Assembly: GCA_963751275.1 (NCBI GenBank)
Contig: CAVVTZ010000009.1
Span: 640,001 to 704,000, forward strand
Direction of reading: 5' to 3'
Origin: an uncultured Gemmatimonadaceae bacterium
Lineage (GTDB): Bacteria > Gemmatimonadota > Gemmatimonadetes > Gemmatimonadales > Gemmatimonadaceae
DNA length: 64,000 nt
Positions 61,880-64,000 of this stretch are shown one piece after another; the first letter of the stretch is position 1, and the number at the start of each line of letters is the position of its first letter. The notes below the pieces were generated by a model. It worked only from the letters and a program-made list of their open reading frames with translations, did no database searches and was not told the origin of the DNA. The position numbers and the translations under genes were made by a program.

Positions 61880-62257
61880 ATGTCCCGACCGTGGATGACA
61901 GCCGTGATGATCGTGGTCGCAGGGTTGCTGGCGTTCGTCGTCGCGTCGCCGCTCGGAGCCAGGTTCGGCGCCGACTGGATGCCGGCGATCAATTTCGCGG
62001 TGGGCGGCATGCTCGTGCTCGTCGCGTTCCTCGAGGCCGGGCGCGCGCTGGCGGCGTGGTCGAACCGGCGCGCGACACTCGGCTGGATCATCGGCGGCCT
62101 CATCGTGGCCGGCGGCATGTTCGCGGCGGGGACGTCGTTCATCGTGCACGCCCGGCACATGGCCTACGACACGACGATCACGATCGGGATCATCATCTCA
62201 CTGCTCGGCCTGCAGTTGCAATCCAGATCCGGCGGCCGGAAGGCATCGCCGGCATGA
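61880..62257 (+). CDS. Small four-TM membrane protein
   Basis: GAGGTG RBS; 125 aa with four hydrophobic segments. Confidence 0.7.
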   Translation: MSRPWMTAVMIVVAGLLAFVVASPLGARFGADWMPAINFAVGGMLVLVAFLEAGRALAAWSNRRATLGWIIGGLIVAGGMFAAGTSFIVHARHMAYDTTITIGIIISLLGLQLQSRSGGRKASPA

Positions 62258-62832
62258 TCGCCCCGCCGGCGCCACGGCGGCGCGGCTTCAGCGCCGCGCC
62301 CGCCGTGCTCCGGATGGAGTGGGTGCACAAGTCGTTCGCGGCGGGCGTGCCGGGGTGTAGTGCGCGCGTGCAGGTGCTGCGCGGCGTGAAGCTCGCGGTG
62401 CGGCCGGCGGAGCTCGTCGCGATCACGGGCCCCGATGGAGCGGGGAAGAGCGCGCTCCTCCTGTGCGCTGCGGGATTGGTACGCGCGGAGCTCGGCACCG
62501 TTCGCTGGTCACCCGACGCCCGCGATGCGGCGCGGCGTATGTATGCGACCGCCGCAATGGTGCACGCGGAACACGCGGCGCTGCTGTGCATCGATGATGT
62601 CGATGATTGGGACGCCGTCGGTCGCGCGGTCGCCGGATCGTGCGCGCGCGGCGCGGCGGTGCTTGCCGCGGGCCGCGATCCCGCGCGCGCCGCGGCGGCC
62701 GGTGCGCGCGTACTCATCCTGCGCGACGGCCGGCTCGAACCCTTCACCGCGCGAGCCGTTGCGCGAGCGCCCGCGCGGCGCGTCGCCGAGCGCGACCGGC
62801 GCTCCGTTGACCCTGTCGGGCGGCGGGCCTAG
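62254..62832 (+). CDS. Truncated/degenerate ABC-type ATP-binding protein
   Basis: VHKSF, VLRGV, Walker A GPDGAGKS, LLCIDD, RVLILRDGRL; no LSGGQ signature. Confidence 0.65.
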   Translation: MIAPPAPRRRGFSAAPAVLRMEWVHKSFAAGVPGCSARVQVLRGVKLAVRPAELVAITGPDGAGKSALLLCAAGLVRAELGTVRWSPDARDAARRMYATAAMVHAEHAALLCIDDVDDWDAVGRAVAGSCARGAAVLAAGRDPARAAAAGARVLILRDGRLEPFTARAVARAPARRVAERDRRSVDPVGRRA

Positions 62833-62875
62833 CTTCCGATCTGCCCCCGCTCGAGCACCGCCCGCCGCCGCGCCC

Positions 62876-64000
62876 ATGACCGACTTCCGTCTCTACAACA
62901 CGCTCACGAGGCGCGTCGAGCCATTCGCGCCCGCCGATGGCAAGACGGTGCGCATGTACACCTGCGGCCCCACCGTCTACAACCCGGCGCACCTCGGCAA
63001 TTTCCGCACGTTCCTCTTCGAGGATCTGCTGCGGCGCACGATCCGTCTGCGCGGCTGGGGCGTGATGCAGGTGATGAATCTCACCGATGTGGACGACAAG
63101 ATCATCGCGCGCGCCAGCGAGCGCGGGCTCACGATCACGCAGGTGACCGTGCCGCCCACGGAGACGTTCCACCGCGACCGCGAGTTCCTGCGCATCGAGA
63201 GCGCGGAGGTCTATCCGAAAGCCACCGAGCACATCCCCGAGATGATCGCGATGGTGCAGCGCCTCGAGGAGAAGGGACTCGCGTACAAGGCCGAAGATGG
63301 CTCGGTGTACTTCGCGATCGCGCGCTTCCCGGAGTACGGCCGGCTCTCGCGGCTCGACACGCGCGAGATCCGCGCGGGTGCGCGCGTGGCCGCCGATGAT
63401 TACAACAAGGAGGACGTGCGCGACTTCGCGCTCTGGAAGGCCGCCAAGCCCGAGGATGAGAAGGCCGGCGCCGCGTGGGATTCGCCGTGGGGACGCGGGC
63501 GTCCCGGCTGGCATCTCGAATGCTCGGCGATGGCCAAGCGGTACCTGGGCGACACGCTGGACCTGCACGCCGGCGGCGTGGACCTGATCTTCCCGCATCA
63601 CGAGGATGAGATCGCGCAGAGCGAGGGGGCGAACGGCGTGACGTTCGCGCGCTGCTGGTGCCATGGCGAGTTCCTGCTCACCGAGGGCGCGAAGATGGCG
63701 AAACGGGTGGGGAACGTCGCGACCGTGGAGGATCTGCGCGCGCGCGGGATCCCCGCGGCGGCGGCGCGCCATTTCATGTTCAACGTGCATTACCGGAAGC
63801 AGCTGAACCTGACCGACGAGGCGCTCGAGGCGAGCCTGGTGGCGGTGCGCCGTGTGGGGGAATTCGCGGCGCGGCTGGCGGCGGCGGATGGGGGGACGCC
63901 GGCGATGGTGAAGGCGGCGGACGAGCTGGAGACGAACGCGAGCGCCGCGCTGTTCGAGGACTTGAACGCGCCGGAGGCGTTGGGCGCGTTGTTCAAGTTC
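62876..64000 (+). CDS. cysS: Cysteine--tRNA ligase, runs off the window end
   Basis: RLYNTLTR, YTCGPTVY, HLGN (HIGH), DFALWK, GRPGWHLECSAM, FPHHEDEIAQ, KMAKR (KMSKS), EDLN. Confidence 0.96.
   Translation, partial: MTDFRLYNTLTRRVEPFAPADGKTVRMYTCGPTVYNPAHLGNFRTFLFEDLLRRTIRLRGWGVMQVMNLTDVDDKIIARASERGLTITQVTVPPTETFHRDREFLRIESAEVYPKATEHIPEMIAMVQRLEEKGLAYKAEDGSVYFAIARFPEYGRLSRLDTREIRAGARVAADDYNKEDVRDFALWKAAKPEDEKAGAAWDSPWGRGRPGWHLECSAMAKRYLGDTLDLHAGGVDLIFPHHEDEIAQSEGANGVTFARCWCHGEFLLTEGAKMAKRVGNVATVEDLRARGIPAAAARHFMFNVHYRKQLNLTDEALEASLVAVRRVGEFAARLAAADGGTPAMVKAADELETNASAALFEDLNAPEALGALFKF

Overview
This is a GC-rich (about 70%) bacterial chromosome segment. Gene content and protein style suggest a Gemmatimonadota-like organism (inference). 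It is mostly housekeeping: gcvP/gcvH with a lipoate ligase, coaE, tdk, AspAT, folE, a long-chain acyl-CoA ligase, ligA, thymidine phosphorylase, MATE, gyrB-dciA-recF, glpK, cutA, uvrA, sdaAB/AA, pspA and a partial cysS. Many genes, including gyrB, carry single-base frameshifts, most likely long-read consensus errors. Notable items: (1) an archaeal-style DNA end-resection cluster nurA-herA-[secreted protein]-mre11/sbcD-rad50/sbcC with a translationally coupled GNAT acetyltransferase, followed by a lower-GC FRG-domain gene; (2) a family of CTAG-rich ~72-bp inverted-repeat elements (REPIN/MITE-like) plus several other intergenic palindromes that overlap gene 3' ends; (3) several apparent pseudo-enzymes (a DEAD-box protein without its Walker A/DEAD motifs, a CcmF-like protein without the WWD/His motifs, a truncated ABC ATPase, a Trm112-methyltransferase-like protein); (4) a possible processed-toxin/immunity pair near 61 kb; (5) a candidate sRNA near 25.1 kb. 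No rRNA, tRNA, CRISPR array, transposase or integrase was seen.
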